Assembly (NCBI GenBank): GCA_024137785.1
Contig: JAHRHZ010000067.1
Location: forward strand, 7,848,088 to 7,912,087
DNA from: Ginglymostoma cirratum
Lineage: Eukaryota
DNA length: 64,000 nucleotides
Direction of reading: 5' to 3'
Shown here: positions 26,571 through 39,625 of the stretch, one piece after another
How the letters are laid out: each line of letters starts with the position of its first letter
How positions within the stretch are numbered: position 1 is the stretch's first letter
Program-made: the position numbers and the translations under genes
Notes under the pieces: model-generated
What the model was told of the DNA's origin: nothing
Seen by the model: only the letters and a program-made list of their open reading frames with translations
Databases searched by the model: none

Positions 26571-28199
26571 CCCTCAAAAAACTTAACACAATTTGGACTT
26601 AGCCAAAGAAAGGTAAGATACAGCCTACTGTTTAATTGCATATTTTCTCAATCATTTCCAGTTTTCTTGATACAGAGATATAAATTTCATATGTATTGAA
26701 GTGTTGTCATCTGCAAAATAAATGTTAGAACTCAATTCATAGATATACATCTTGCCCTCTTCTATCCAGTACCCTGCCTTTGGACATGAAAGAAAATGGG
26801 AACCTATGCCAAAGGACTGAAATATCAACTCCAATAAGATTAAGAATTTAAAAATAAATCAGCACTATCATGATAATACATCAGCCTTCTCACTGATCAT
26901 CCAATAGATGCGGCTTAGATTACAGGAGTATCTGAGGAGCAGTGTGGAATAATCTCCACAATGGAGCATTTTGAAGACTTAGAGCTTTGTTTAGACTGAT
27001 AATTTGAATTTATGTCTTTTTACATGGCAATCAACAAGTCTTTTTAGATTAAGAAGCAGGCTGAATTCTACTCCCACACTGCATTTTAATGATGTGCTGT
27101 GACCAGTGTTGTTAATGTCAGCTTTTATTCTAATCCACTGAGATGAATAGCTTTCCCTTGAAAACGTGAACCCAGGTCCTAAAGACTTTGGCACATGTAC
27201 TTTTAAAGTATTAAATTTTTAACTGAATTAATTTAATTACAACCTTTCAATTAAATTCACTGGTGACAAAGTTTTAATGATGTAGAGGAGAATATATGAA
27301 TGAAAATACCTTCATTTTGAAAATTTACCATTTCTTCCAGAATGGTGGTTATTTTCAACCCCTACGTATTTTGTTTATTCATATCATTGACAAGTGTTCT
27401 ACAAACTTCTCTCTTGCTTTGTAATTGGCAGGTACTAAACATACAATGTAGCTGCAAGTTGCACATCTGGACAAAATCCCATATTCACAGGATAGAAGCT
27501 GTGCAAAAGCTTTAGCATCTGCCAAATGATAAATTGGAAGAAATATTCAACAGGTAGGTATCTTTAGGTGGGTCATATACATAGGAAACGTTTAACCATG
27601 GTCTACTCACATTCAACTAGCTACACCTTCCTCCTAAATGTGAGAGCTATGTTTTCCTTTTAACTTGGCTAAATTTGAAGTTTTCCAAATGAATAAATTT
27701 TTTAATCCTGTTAATGAATCTTTTTTCTAGTTTTACATTATTTTCTAGTTGAGTAGTTCTGAAATTTTTGTATCCTGACTCCAGCAAAATTCTTGTGTTG
27801 CGCTAGCTATGGACAGTAATGGCATTAAGTTCAAAAAAATGTTATCCATTACAGAGAATACAGAAGCAATATGTGTTACTAAGTAATCCATGTGTTCTGT
27901 GTATATCAGTACAAGCAAAACTAGGAAGGTCAAATGAGAGTGATGGGTGGGAACATACAATTCACTTGTTCTTAGTGTGCAAAAGTTTAATTATGTATTC
28001 ATAGCACATTCTTAACAACGCTTGATGTTAGCTCTCTCATGTGAATAAACATAAGAAGGTTAATCTGATAAATTTTGGATTTAAGTAGATAAATCAGAAT
28101 CCAATTGAAAAGTAATGGACCAGCATTCCTATGTAGACCAAAGACACACAGCTCCTCCTTCAATCCCACGATTGATCTCCCATTACATTAGGATCTGGA

Positions 28200-28790
28200 C
28201 AAGCCAAAATATAATGCAGCTTAATGTCAGCAAAATCAATGAAATCCTCAAAGTACTTTGAGCCTTGGCTCCATCTTCCTCCATGACTGCCACCTCAGAC
28301 TTAGCTGGAAACAAAACTTGGTTTCTTCTTCCCAGGCCAATCTATCACCAAGGTTGCTCCTGCAATATCACAGATCTCCACCACCAGCCCTTCTTCCCCC
28401 TGCCCCCGCAATTAGAGCTATTATTCACAGTTAAAACACCTCACATTGGTTTCCTTCCCCAACATTTTCCATGCTAACATCTCTGTTACCATTCATGTTT
28501 TCCACAGTCCTCCTGCACGGCCCATGCCTTTGCCAAGCTATAATGGTGATCATTGCACAGAAAAATGATTTAAAATTCTTGTCCTGACTTCAGTTTTTTC
28601 CATTTAATTACCCTATACTGTCACGATAATCGTTGCAAGTTCTGTATTCTTGCTCATACTATCTGGTCTTCAAACATCAGCTTATTTTTCCTTTTCTGTT
28701 CCCTCTGCTTCAACATTTATGGCTTCTCCTTCAATCACTGATGTCTGAAAGTTAGCTCATCACAAATTTTAAAATCTCCTCATTTCCTCG
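28200..28790 (+). mobile_element. Very old L2-like LINE 3' fragment
   Basis: Weak colinear similarity to the L2 copies at 49.7-50.3 kb and 57.9-58.5 kb (FKILVL motif near 28570). Confidence 0.4.
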
Positions 28791-28851
28791 TTAACCATAC
28801 TTTTTTCCCTCCTCTCCTCTTTCTACTCTGTACCCACTCACTATCTATCAC

Positions 28852-29436
28852 CTTATTTGATTTATTGTAGTCACATGTACCCAAGCACGGTGAAAAGCTT
28901 TGTTTGCAAGCAGTACAGTCAGATCATGGTAAGCAAGGACCTACAGATCATAGGGTGCTTAGACAGAGTGAGGCATACAGGTTACACTGCACAGGAGGTG
29001 CGCAAAGCAAAATCCACATTAACAAGATCAACATTACTTGAAGTAGAGAGTCCATTCATCAGTCTAATAGCAGCAGGGAAGAAGCTGTTCTTGAACCTTT
29101 TGGTGTGCATGTTCAAGCTTCTGTGTCTTCTGCCTGACATAAAAGGTTGTAAGAGAGCATTAGCGTGGTGGGAGGGGTCTTTGATGATGTTGGCAGCCTT
29201 TCTGTGGCAATGAGAAATGAAAAGGGAGTCCATGGATAGGAGGCAGTCTCCTGTGATAGTCTGGGCTGTGCACACATCCTTCTGTAGTTTCTTATGGAGC
29301 TGCGCAGACCAGTTGCTGTACCAGGGCCTTATGCACCTGGACAGTATGCTTTCTGAGGTGCATCTGTAAAAGTTGGTGAGGGCCGTTATGGACATGCTGA
29401 ATTTCCTAAGCTGCCTGACGAACAAGAGGCATTGTA
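28852..29436 (-). mobile_element. Rex1/Babar-clade LINE 3' fragment
   Basis: LTNFYRCTSESILSRCI..WY..KKLQK..KAANIIKDPSH..SGRR..RFKNSFFPAAIRLMN; homologous to 53.4-54.5 kb. Confidence 0.88.
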
Positions 29437-29771
29437 TAAAATCAGTGAGATGGTACATTATCTGTATTGGCATTCCACATGTATTTTGCACAGAATCCAT
29501 CTGTGGGAAAAGGCCATACCATCCTAAGTTGATGTGGAAAACAAAAAGCAGTTAAGAAGAAGCATATCAATTTTATATGATTGCTGCAAACCTAAAATGT
29601 ACAAATCTGACCAGTTCAATAAAACAAACTGACTGAAGCCACAAGTACAACCTGATCTACTTAAGGGAAAAATGTGGGTTTGAATCGGATGTGTATGTTA
29701 CACCCCATTCAATTTTACTGTATTTTGCCTAAACTGGTTATGGATTAAAAAGATACCCAGGCATTTTATTT

Positions 29772-29908
29772 GAGATAACAAGGTGTAAAGCTGGATGAAC
29801 ACAGCAGGCCAGGCAGCAACTGAGGAGCAGGAAAGCTGACGTTTCGGGTCTGGACCCTTCCTTGTTATCTCAAATTCTCTAGCATTGGCAGTTCCTACTA
29901 TCTCTGAG
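29772..29908. mobile_element. Miniature Penelope family-1 insertion (inverted pseudo-LTR plus tail) with 14-bp TSD
   Basis: GAGATAACAAGG...CCTTGTTATCTC inverted ends; CAGGCATTTTATTT at 29758-29771 and 29909-29922. Confidence 0.9.
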
Positions 29909-30229
29909 CAGGCATTTTATTTTATACTTTTGTCCTAATTTCATATACTGCTTCAGTTCAGGTGGTGTGATAATGTTCACTGCAAAATGTAACATCTTTG
30001 TGAGTAAGATTTGGAAATATCGGCTGGTGCATTTATTTATTTTGGACCGCACGATCATACAATTCTTATTCAGATTGAGTTTGAAGTGAGATATGCTGGC
30101 ATGCGTGCACATAAAATTTTGGGATCTCATCCTTGGCAGAGCTGGTGGCTACAAGTGGTTTGTGCACATTTCAAAAAGATGAAGCTTATTTTTTTTTAAG
30201 AGTTAGCTCTTTGTAAAACTTCTCACATA

Positions 30230-30575
30230 CCAAAACACTTCACAGTTTACAAAATTATTTTGAAGAGTCATTTACGTAGACAGTTGTGACAGTTAATTTG
30301 CATACAGCAATGTACCTGTACTTCAAACAGTAAATAACTGACCTGTTAATCTCTTTTCGGTGATGTTCGATATCAGCATAATTCCCCTGTTCCCCTTCAG
30401 AAAGTACCCTGGTGTATGTTCGCACCTACACAGGAGTGGATTTGACTTTCATTTTAAGTCTTATCCAAAGGCAAGGCAACACTCCACTGAAATATCAATT
30501 TAGACTATGTGTGGGATGAAGCTTTAAGATGAGATTTCTTATTGAGAAGCATGGATGTTATTACTGAGCCAAGCC
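30230..30575 (-). mobile_element. Old tRNA-derived Deu-domain-type SINE
   Basis: Reverse A box (ACTGAGCCA near 30563) and a body matching 37190-37610. Confidence 0.6.
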
Positions 30576-30607
30576 AATGGTTAGTATTAGCTTCTATAGT
30601 GTTGAAT

Positions 30608-30818
30608 GGTGGAGTTTGGTTAGCTCAGTTGGCTGGACAGATGGTTTGCAATGCAGAGTGATACCAACAACAGAGGTATACTGGCTGAGGTTACCAAGAA
30701 AGTCCCATTTCTCAACTTCTCCCTTCACCTGAGGCACAGAGACTCAGGGATTAAACTACCACCAGTCATCTCTAATGAGAGAGCAGTCTATGGTCCTGTT
30801 GAATATGGCAACTTTACA
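30608..30818 (+). mobile_element. tRNA-derived SINE (third family)
   Basis: A box TAGCTCAGTTGG; body and tail shared with reverse copies at 45285-45410 and 58500-58645. Confidence 0.8.
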
Positions 30819-32780
30819 TAATATTGAGTGCCTACCTGTTTTCCACGTCACAGACGTTCAACATAGTAATGTGTTTAAAATAATTGTTGGTAAATGCTCC
30901 TATTTCTTCAATTTACTCATTCAATGGAACAAGTACTCTCCAAATGCAATACCTATGGTCACAGTTAGACTACAACTACCAACCTGAAACAGAATCTTAC
31001 GTGGTGTGATCACAGTCGGCAGACTTTTTGCTATGTTTGCAGACGTATTGAAAACATATACTTCAACACGTACTGGATTCTGCTCCATCTGCTGCTCATT
31101 TTTAATGTTAGGAAATAGAGGTAACACTATTCTCAAGCATTAAAGAAATTAAATGGTAAATTTTAAAATTTTCCAGGTCATGCAGTGGCATACATACAAA
31201 GTAAATATAGATCAGTGTATGAGAGAATCTTTTGGATAGGTGTTGCATTATTTGCCTTCAATGCACTCGTGTCATGAAATATGAGTTTTGTTTGCACCAA
31301 TACATATCAAATACTAGATTCACATCAAAATGGACAGTATCACTACAACCAGGATGGCCCCCGTTGAGTCAGGCAGCTTCCCAGTGATGTTCATATATGG
31401 AATTCTTGATGAGAGTCTGCTTCCTTTCCCTTTGCCTGACCATACTGCAGTATTATTTGATGTGTAGAAGAAGGAAAATTCTGATGATGTAGTAAAAAAA
31501 TCCTGCACATCAACACCAGCAATACTGAACTTTACTTAAAGCTGCGAAAAAATAATATTTAGCACAGAAGTTACGAATTTCTTAGTTAACATAAGGAAAC
31601 TTTCATCTGCTTGGGGTTGTTATGTTATATTTTTAAGGACAGAGAGAGCCAAGCAACATTTCCCCAGTTATTTACTTAGAGGCATATTTTTATTATGGTG
31701 CAGCTTTTTTTAAATATGTGCATTTTCCTTCTAGAAACTTGATCGGCAAATGAGTTCAATTCAAAGTGTGCTGTAACTTCATATTTTTACCTTTTCCCGT
31801 CTCATTCTGTGATAAGATTTGACCCGTAGCTAAGAAGTTGGATGAACCAATCATAGTGGTAGATTTCCTGTTGTTCTGTGCCTGTGGACCACCTCGGTTG
31901 CAGTGCTGAGATAAGTGGCAAATAATTTAAGAGGCAACAGCATCAAACCTTTGTTGGAGACTAAAGCAGGGTCAGCGCCTGTCAGTTCACAGCAGCTTTG
32001 CTGCGTGGGTGGTAAGCCTAGGCCACAAAGGAAGTTACTAAACAGCAGTGACAACAGTCACTTCAAATACTGTTTCTCGTTTAGTCTTATCACAGGAAGA
32101 ATTAACTTAAATGCAGTTGTAGATCCAAGCAAATAACTATATTTTGAAATGTTATTAATAAATATACATAGGGTGCTTAACAACAACTATTGGAAATAGA
32201 ATCAACGCTGCGTCAAAATGAAGAAACAGGTCAGACCCATACCAAAATATCCAAAATTCTCATATCAGAAATTAACAAATTTTATTGCAACAGGAGAAAG
32301 TCTAATTCAGATAAATAGTAAGAAAATTGTTTGCTTTAACAGGGGGATTTGATTAAATTTCTTTTGATCGGCGTAAAGATTAGAATTCCATGGAGAAATG
32401 AAGAGATTAAGAAAAAGTAAGGCTCAGAAAAGATGCTGATAATAATTAGAGGGGAATTAATGCACAAATAAACTGTGAGAAATATAAAAGGTATAGCAGG
32501 GAGGCAAAGGAAGGATATAAATGAAGGTGGATAGCAAGGACTGTTGTAAACAGAAGAGAGATCAAAGAATAGTTCAAAAAGGAAGATCTTTAATTAATCT
32601 GAATGAGAGAGTAGCAAAAGTTACTTAGTAAGTGTTTCACCTCAGTTATATAGAAGAGATTAAGGGAAGGCCAGTGTATTTTTAACTCTATCAGCAGATA
32701 AAGCTGATTAAATATACTGCAAATGTCTCTTTTTCTCCCCACTTTCATTGTGACAGTGTCTAAAATGAATGGACAACAGG

Positions 32781-33110
32781 AATCATAGAATAGTTTAGAG
32801 CATGAAGAGGCCAATCATGAGCTTGAGTCTGTGCCAAGTATTTCAAAAAGCAACCCAGTTTCCCCATGTCCCCGGAAGTTTTTCTTCTTCATTGATGTAT
32901 CCAATTTTCTTTTGAAAACATGTCTTGAAGCTGTATCCACTGTATCATCAGGCAGTGCATCCAAATCCTAACCACTGATTGAGGGAAAAATAATTTCCTC
33001 ATGTCACCCATGCCTCTTGCCAATCACTTTCAATCTGTCACCTCTGGTTATCCACCATTCATCAATTGGAAACCCCTTATCTTTCAACACATTATCTAAT
33101 TCCTTCTTGA
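32781..33110 (-). mobile_element. Decayed CR1 3' end
   Basis: Begins GAATCATAGAAT and is colinear with the reverse-strand CR1 3' ends at 43.3 kb and 60.6 kb. Confidence 0.7.
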
Positions 33111-33429
33111 GAATAGCCTAAGAATAGTAAACTCTGAAAGTGCACATCACCGGATGGTCAAAGAAGGGTCACAGGAAACACAACCTCATTTGTCGTACAT
33201 ACTCAGTTATAGTACTTTATTGGTTATTTGTCAACTTGCATAAAAAATATCTTTGAAAAAAAGATATCAAAATGTACACACGGACGTTATCCTAGGTACT
33301 AAGCGCTACTCAATAACATATGAAAATCATAACGGCAAATTAGTTACATGAATCCAGTTGAAAAGTGAGATGAATTCTATATTTAATAACACATTATCCA
33401 ATTTCCCTTCTATTCCCCGAGTGGAGAAT

Positions 33430-33740
33430 AAAATAAGAACAGAGAAGACAGGAATGGGAATAGACTATTCAGTCCATTGAGCTACATTTGACATTTTGGT
33501 TGCCATTCTAACTCTTCACATTTATATTTATCTTCTCTTCAACCACATCAGATGATCCCATTACCTTTCAGGGCAGTTATGTTCTACAGTCACACTATTC
33601 TGGATTCAATTTTAACCGAACCACCATTATCAAATTATACAGCCTGTGCAATCGTAAATGTAGAAGGCACTTTGGTAAGTCCCATGGTATTATGTAAAGA
33701 GACATTCTTTCATCTCCCTATTAAACTATATCTGCCAGCT
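33430..33740 (-). mobile_element. Highly decayed CR1 3' end
   Basis: ATAAGAACA...AGGA...ATTCAG.CCATTGAGC reverse 3' UTR signature. Confidence 0.45.
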
Positions 33741-34339
33741 TGAAAATCTCATTAGCAGGGATTAGAATTTAAGTTATAGTTAGATACAGGACAAAATATC
33801 TTCCTATTTAATTGCTTGATATGTTGCCCCAGTGCCTTAACTTAAAATATTTGAATAGAAATTAATTTTACCCGTGCATTTGAAACAAGTGGTTGGTATC
33901 ACTGATGGGCTTTCTTCAGGTGGTTTTTAATAAAGAATGTCTAACAGCTCCAATGAGGTACAAAGGTAGACATTTACTCTAACTTGATAATATGCGAAAA
34001 GATGGTGTATTTTGAACTGAAGGGGCAACAGCAGTTTCCCAGGTAAGATAATGTAGGAATTTATAGAGCAAACAAACCTGTTTGTTAAAATTGTACCCAC
34101 AGCAAATTATGAATTTGAAGTTAATAAATTTGGTAATTTTTGAGCTAGTACCAGGAAAATTGATTAAGCAAAATGCTGGATTTCAAAAAACACGATCTAG
34201 TTTGCTTGAGTTCCTGAGAGAAGTGTACTTGCTATCTCCACCTGGTTTAGACGTGACACCAGCATCACACTTTATGATAAATTTTAATGTTCTTTGAAGT
34301 GGCTCAGAAAATCATGCAGTTATAAAACTATCACTGCAA

Positions 34340-34665
34340 AAGAAAACAAGTTGGTTCAAGATTCCCTATCAGATGCAAGCACATAGACCAACATTCTATT
34401 GTAGTACTGAATGAATGTTCCATTGTCAGATGTACCATCCACGGTTGAAACCTACCTGACCTAATGATTTAGATCCTTTGCATTATTCCTTCAGCAATAA
34501 ACAGCACACAGAATAGATTATATGGTTATCCATCTCATTGCTGTTTGTTGGATTATACTGTATCTGCCATATATGCTGTCTTACTAGATGCTGCACTTCA
34601 AAACCGTAAAAATATGTGAGCTCTGAGATACATCAGAGAGACATGTTAAGATTTTTAAAATAAAT
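34340..34665 (+). mobile_element. Highly decayed Deu-domain-type SINE
   Basis: GGTTCAAG B-box remnant and CAGA.TAGATTAT.TGGT.AT..ATCTCATTGCTGTTTGT core. Confidence 0.5.
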
Positions 34666-36071
34666 TTAAGTCTTTAGGTGGAATTATTAAATTTTTTAAG
34701 TTGCTGCTTACAAGAATCTATCTTCCTACGTTAATATATATTTTCATATTACTAAGAGCTCTTTCATGTTGAAATAATTCTTGTAAAATTCTCCTTTAGT
34801 TATACAATGTTCTACCACTACCTTAAATGTGTATGTGTTTGATTTCTTAAGTGTACAGAAATGCACAGCCTGATACTATAGTGTAATCCCACTTAGTTAA
34901 TCCAGTTAATTCAGATTCAGAAAATAATTGTATCATTGCACTTGATGGAGAAGAGGATTGAACTCCTATATATAAGGTTCCTGACTCAAAATTATTTCAT
35001 TAGTGGGCAGTTCTCTGAGTAGAATGATTTGTGATATAAGTAGTTTAGTTGGCATTCATGGCTGGCCATTTCTGAATTCAGCTTGCATCCCCTAACTTGG
35101 CAAATGAACTTGATGCTACAATTTTCTGGCAACTGCGAAGGCAAGACCACCCCTAAGAAACTCAGGGGATTATATGACCACCCTGCACTCCCAAAAACCA
35201 AGTGAGTTTCTGTAAGTTTCTGCCACGCCTCCTAAGCATCTTCTCCATTGCAAAAAAATCATCTTCCTAATGGAGCAAATATGGTTTGTTTATCTGTTGA
35301 CTAGAAATCTACATAACAACTATAACCCTCAATCCATACTGCTCCACCCTCTGCTGATTAGAAGCTGTAATGGTCAAATGCTTTCCTTTGTACATTGACT
35401 GACAAACCCCAGGCAAACCCACACTTCCTATTTCAGATTAGAAGAATCTGCTCCAGAACAGTTGACGCCTGCTGACAGTAAATTGTATGGTGTTGAATAT
35501 CTCCACACAGGATACTTCCCCATTCAAAAATTTCCCATCCCACTTTTGTGACATAAGATATATTGCTTTCTGTACATAGTATCTCAAAATAATCATAGAC
35601 CATTGCCATCCTGCAGGAAACAAAATTGTAGCCTTTCTTTTCAGCTTTATATTTATTTTAATTTTTGTTTTTCCATTTGGCCATCTTCAAATCAATTCAC
35701 TGTCAGTCTACAGCTTTATACCATTCTTCAGAGCAGCCATCAACAAAGGCCTCTGTTCATGTAACTTTTATATTTGGTCTAAGTCAGACCGATACCACAC
35801 AACTAGACCTTACACCTTTATATCCATCCACTCCAGTTATGATGTGGCCAGAGTCACTTCTTTTTCAGATCAAGAGAAACCCTACAGTAGAAAAATTGGT
35901 GTACAAGTTGTTTAGTTCTTGACTTAGTTCTACATAAAACTAAAATGGAAAGAGAACTTGAAGCAGAAGCACATAACGCTGGACATAACACAAATGTATC
36001 CTTAAAAGGAAAAAGGACAGATCAATGTTTTGGCTGGTGATCCCTTGATATCCTGAACACTTACTTGTCTT

Positions 36072-36390
36072 AACAAGGTGTAGAGCTGGATGAACGCAGC
36101 AGGCCAAGCAGCATCAGAGGAGCAGGAAGGCTGATGTTTCGGGCCTCGACCTTTCTTCAGAAATGAGGGAGGGGAAGGGGGTTCTGAAATAAATAGGGAG
36201 AGAGGGGGAGGCGGATAGAAGGTGGAGAGAGGAGAAGATAGGTGGCGAGGAGACAGACAGGTCAAAGAGGCGGGGATGGCCCAAAACATCAGCCTTCCTG
36301 CTCCTCTGATGCTGCTTGGCCTGCTGTGTTCATCCAGCTCTACACCTTGTTATCTCAGATTCTTCAGCATCTGCAGTTCCTACTATCTCC
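36072..36390. mobile_element. Penelope family-1 fold-back insertion with 14-bp TSD
   Basis: ~75-bp near-perfect inverted repeat (36071-36145 vs 36278-36352); TSD CACTTACT(T/C)GTCTT at 36058-36071 and 36391-36404. Confidence 0.92.
36133..36160 (-). ncRNA. Decayed minimal hammerhead motif
   Basis: CTGAAGA-A-AGGTCGAGGCCC-GAAA-CATC (ACGT changed to ACAT by CpG decay). Confidence 0.5.
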
Positions 36391-37189
36391 CACTTACTCG
36401 TCTTTTCTGTTTTCAGATCCAGAATGACATGCAGTGTATTTCTAGCATTTTCTGTTTTTCTGTTTTTAGATCATCCTAAATGCATGTTTTCAGGCTAATC
36501 CCAGCAAACATTAATCAACTGTCAGTAATGTGCTCTGCTTGCTACGGGTTATTAAATTGCAGTGAATTTGTAGAACCAAGTGGAATGCCAAAGGATATTG
36601 CTTTGGGCACAAAGTTAGTTCTTTAGCTACAATGGAGAACAAAGAATCAGCATCAGCCAAGGGAGACACATGAATCAAGGAAAATCACAAGACTGGCGGG
36701 TGCTTTCTGTTTAGCGCATAGGGCATGCATATTACAAGGGAGATGGGCCTGGTGGATTGAAGAATAGGGAATCTCGTCTCTTCCTGTGAATCCCGGGTGA
36801 CAGCAGTCAAACAGTAAAAGAATAAATAACAAGTCAAGTGTGTTAAAGAATTACATGCAGAGGGCTTCCAGCAGGTTTTTTTTAATGGAGGTTATACTGA
36901 TCTTCGGATGACATAATTTATTTTTCTTTATTTGTGTTGGAAAAATATGCTGACATGCTTCACAATAGACATTTTCAAATACGCTTATGAGTTAAAAATA
37001 TACATTTTTTCTTCAAGCAACACTTAACACTTTCATTAATATTTTTAAGCAATTATATTTTATGCTGAGGTGTAGATTTTTTTCCGATATTTGCTATCAC
37101 CCTTGGGCATTACACTTTTTTTATGCAGCTATTCATTTACCAAATCATAGGTTCGCAACATTGCGTCCAAACTATTAATGAAGCAGTCT

Positions 37190-37610
37190 ATCACTACAGC
37201 AGTAGTCACACTTGCCTATCAGTTGCAAGGATATGAGATAAAGCATCATTTCAAAGACTTGAGTACATTGCATAGGTGTGCTTTCAAGTGTAGTCAAGGG
37301 GTGCTGCTTTGATGGATATGCTGCTTTTCAGGTGAAATGTTAAACTGAGGTTTTTCTCACTCTTTCAAGTGAATATAAACATTCCCAAGCCACTCTATGA
37401 AGAAGGAAAAGGAGTTCTTACAATTCATAGCTAAAATCTATTCCTCAATTAGAACCTAAAATGGAAGAGTTTGTCATTCATTTCTTTGCTGTTCGCAGGA
37501 ACTTACTAGCTGGCTGTATCGTTTCCTTGCATGACTATTGTGACTACATTTTAACAGTATATCTTTAACTGGGTTGTCCAGAGATTGTGCATCATATAAA
37601 CACAAGACTT
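37190..37610 (+). mobile_element. Old tRNA-derived Deu-domain-type SINE
   Basis: tRNA-like head, TTTCAGGTGAAATGTTAAACTGAGG, GAAGAAG..AAGGAGTTCT and TTGCTGTT core motifs. Confidence 0.65.
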
Positions 37611-37884
37611 TTGTTCATTTCTTTCCTTTTTTAACTTTGCTGGACTTCATGCAGAATTATTGGACTTGTACAATTGGGAATTGCAGTCTTAGCTGACGTG
37701 AGGTAATTTCCTATTGTTTTATGGCTTGTTTAGGAGCTGTCAAGCAGTTCAAGGTGGCAAGGAATCAGTGGCTGTCTCTTGGATATTGAATGCCTGCCTT
37801 TTACAATGTTCACCACCTCTAAATGGGCACCGAGCCTTCCCCCACAAGACCAGAGCGATGGTTGGTTGCAATCACACACACACT

Positions 37885-38047
37885 NNNNNNNNNNNNNNNN
37901 NNNNNNNNNNNNNNNNNNNNNNNNNNNNNNNNNNNNNNNNNNNNNNNNNNNNNNNNNNNNNNNNNNNNNNNNNNNNNNNNNNNNNNNNNNNNNNNNNNNN
38001 NNNNNNNNNNNNNNNNNNNNNNNNNNNNNNNNNNNNNNNNNNNNNNN
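37885..38047. other. Assembly gap next to a (CA)n microsatellite
   Basis: Run of N preceded by CACACACACAC. Confidence 0.99.
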
Positions 38048-38530
38048 GTGAATTTGAATCTGCAGATACAGTCCATTTTGTTCAAAAAGCACACAATTTA
38101 TAGACAGTCAGTCAATGTGGTGTTTTATAAATTCCTACTTTAGAAATAAAACCAGTCTGACTCCAGACCAAAACACAAATAGATTCTAAACAAGGTCTCA
38201 CACCTAACATGCATTATCTGACCTAAAATGTCACCTCTTCTTTACCTGATAAAACCTTTAGTTCTCTCAGAGCAGTGACTTGAAGGAAATTCAGGGATTT
38301 ACATATACATATTAATCAATTAAAACCTTCTAACTGATTAAAGATTTAACAGCATCTTAGGTTTGTTTAATACATCCTCATTAGTGGTGTGACTCTTTGG
38401 TCTTTCACTTATAAATTCTGTGTCTGATTCCACCTGTCTCACTAACATCTGAAGAAGGAGCGAGGCTCTGAAAGCTTGTGTTTTTAAATAAACTTGTTGG
38501 ACTATAACCTGGTGTCGTGTGATTTCTGGC
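38048..38530 (+). mobile_element. Penelope-like element family 3, 3'/pseudo-LTR segment
   Basis: Ends in a hammerhead-like motif followed by AATAAACTTGTTGGACTATAACCTGGTGTCGTGTGATTT. The left boundary is uncertain. Confidence 0.6.
38444..38483 (+). ncRNA. Minimal hammerhead ribozyme motif, second type
   Basis: AACAT-CTGAAGA-A-GGAGC(GAG)GCTCT-GAAA-GCTT-GTGTT: stem I AACAT/GTGTT, 5-bp stem II, palindromic AAGCUU. Confidence 0.6.
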
Positions 38531-39345
38531 AATGTAAATTAGGATTCCATTTTGGCTGTAGGACCCAATATACAATTTTCAAGTAACAATTTACATCATT
38601 TCTAAAAAGGCTTGTGAAAGATGCTTCATAAATGATCTTGAACAATTTCTGCAGACATCTGTGCAGGAACAAGAAAAGCAAAATTGCTGCTCCTGGCCTG
38701 CCAAACTACCTCAATATGCTGCCAGTTACTGGACAGCTTCATTCTATTGGCCTTCCTCATTTTTGTGCATTTTAAAAGCATTTCAAATATTATGCATAAT
38801 CTGACATTTCTAACTATGCGGCTTAAACATTATTCAAACAGGTTGAACTTTTGGCTTAGTGGTGCGAATTGCTGAGTCAAAGGAATCGGGGCTTGAATTC
38901 TGTTCTCAAGTGGTGACTGGAATTCTGGATCTGAATTGTAGATTGTTATCCAGGAGGATACCGCAGATGATGGATAAGTTTACATGGTCGCTTCTCAGCC
39001 TGTTAATCAGCTTGGAATTCCTTCCATCTCTCTGTTCCAAAAGAAGATTGTGATACAACAAAAATAGCAATCCTATTCTCATTGATAAGTTCTATTTTAT
39101 TCTTTATTTAAAATATAGTATGTGGAGTCCATTCACAAGTAGACCACAATCTCACTGAATGGCAGAACAAATTTGAGATGGCTTGGGCCTGTTCCTATAT
39201 TCTCATATATAGCAATAGTAAAATGATGACCATTTAACTTTTTAGCTAAGAGGGACACTCTCTGAACCAATAGATTTTAACGTGAAGCAACTGATATAGT
39301 TTCTTAGGTCAAAAACCACTGCTAGTATGACAACCGTATGTGTAC

Positions 39346-39625
39346 TGCTGTATATGTTAGCTCACATAACATACACCACAAATACTGGCTTCTTGTTGAG
39401 ATAGATGTCTTAAAGTTTATTAACAACAACACTTACATAGACTTACACCTAATCTGGGTTCTGTGCTTACTGATGTTATGTAAATTACATACACATAACT
39501 GACTCAATTGTACTGAAATCTTGACCAAACTCTAGATGGTTGCCTTTTATACCAGAACAGCACATGTTATGATATGCAACCTTCTTTAAGGTACACTGCC
39601 TATACGATTTTGAATGTATACAACA
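39346..39625 (-). mobile_element. Candidate solo LTR (Gypsy-like)
   Basis: Ends TGCTGTATA...TATACAACA (8/9 inverted match, TG..CA). On the minus strand TATAAAA (~39545) precedes AATAAA (~39417). No clean TSD. Confidence 0.5.

Noticed and set aside
37714-38143. ORFs crossing the first N gap (and 53546-54286 crossing the second)
   Set aside because: Artefacts of translating N runs.
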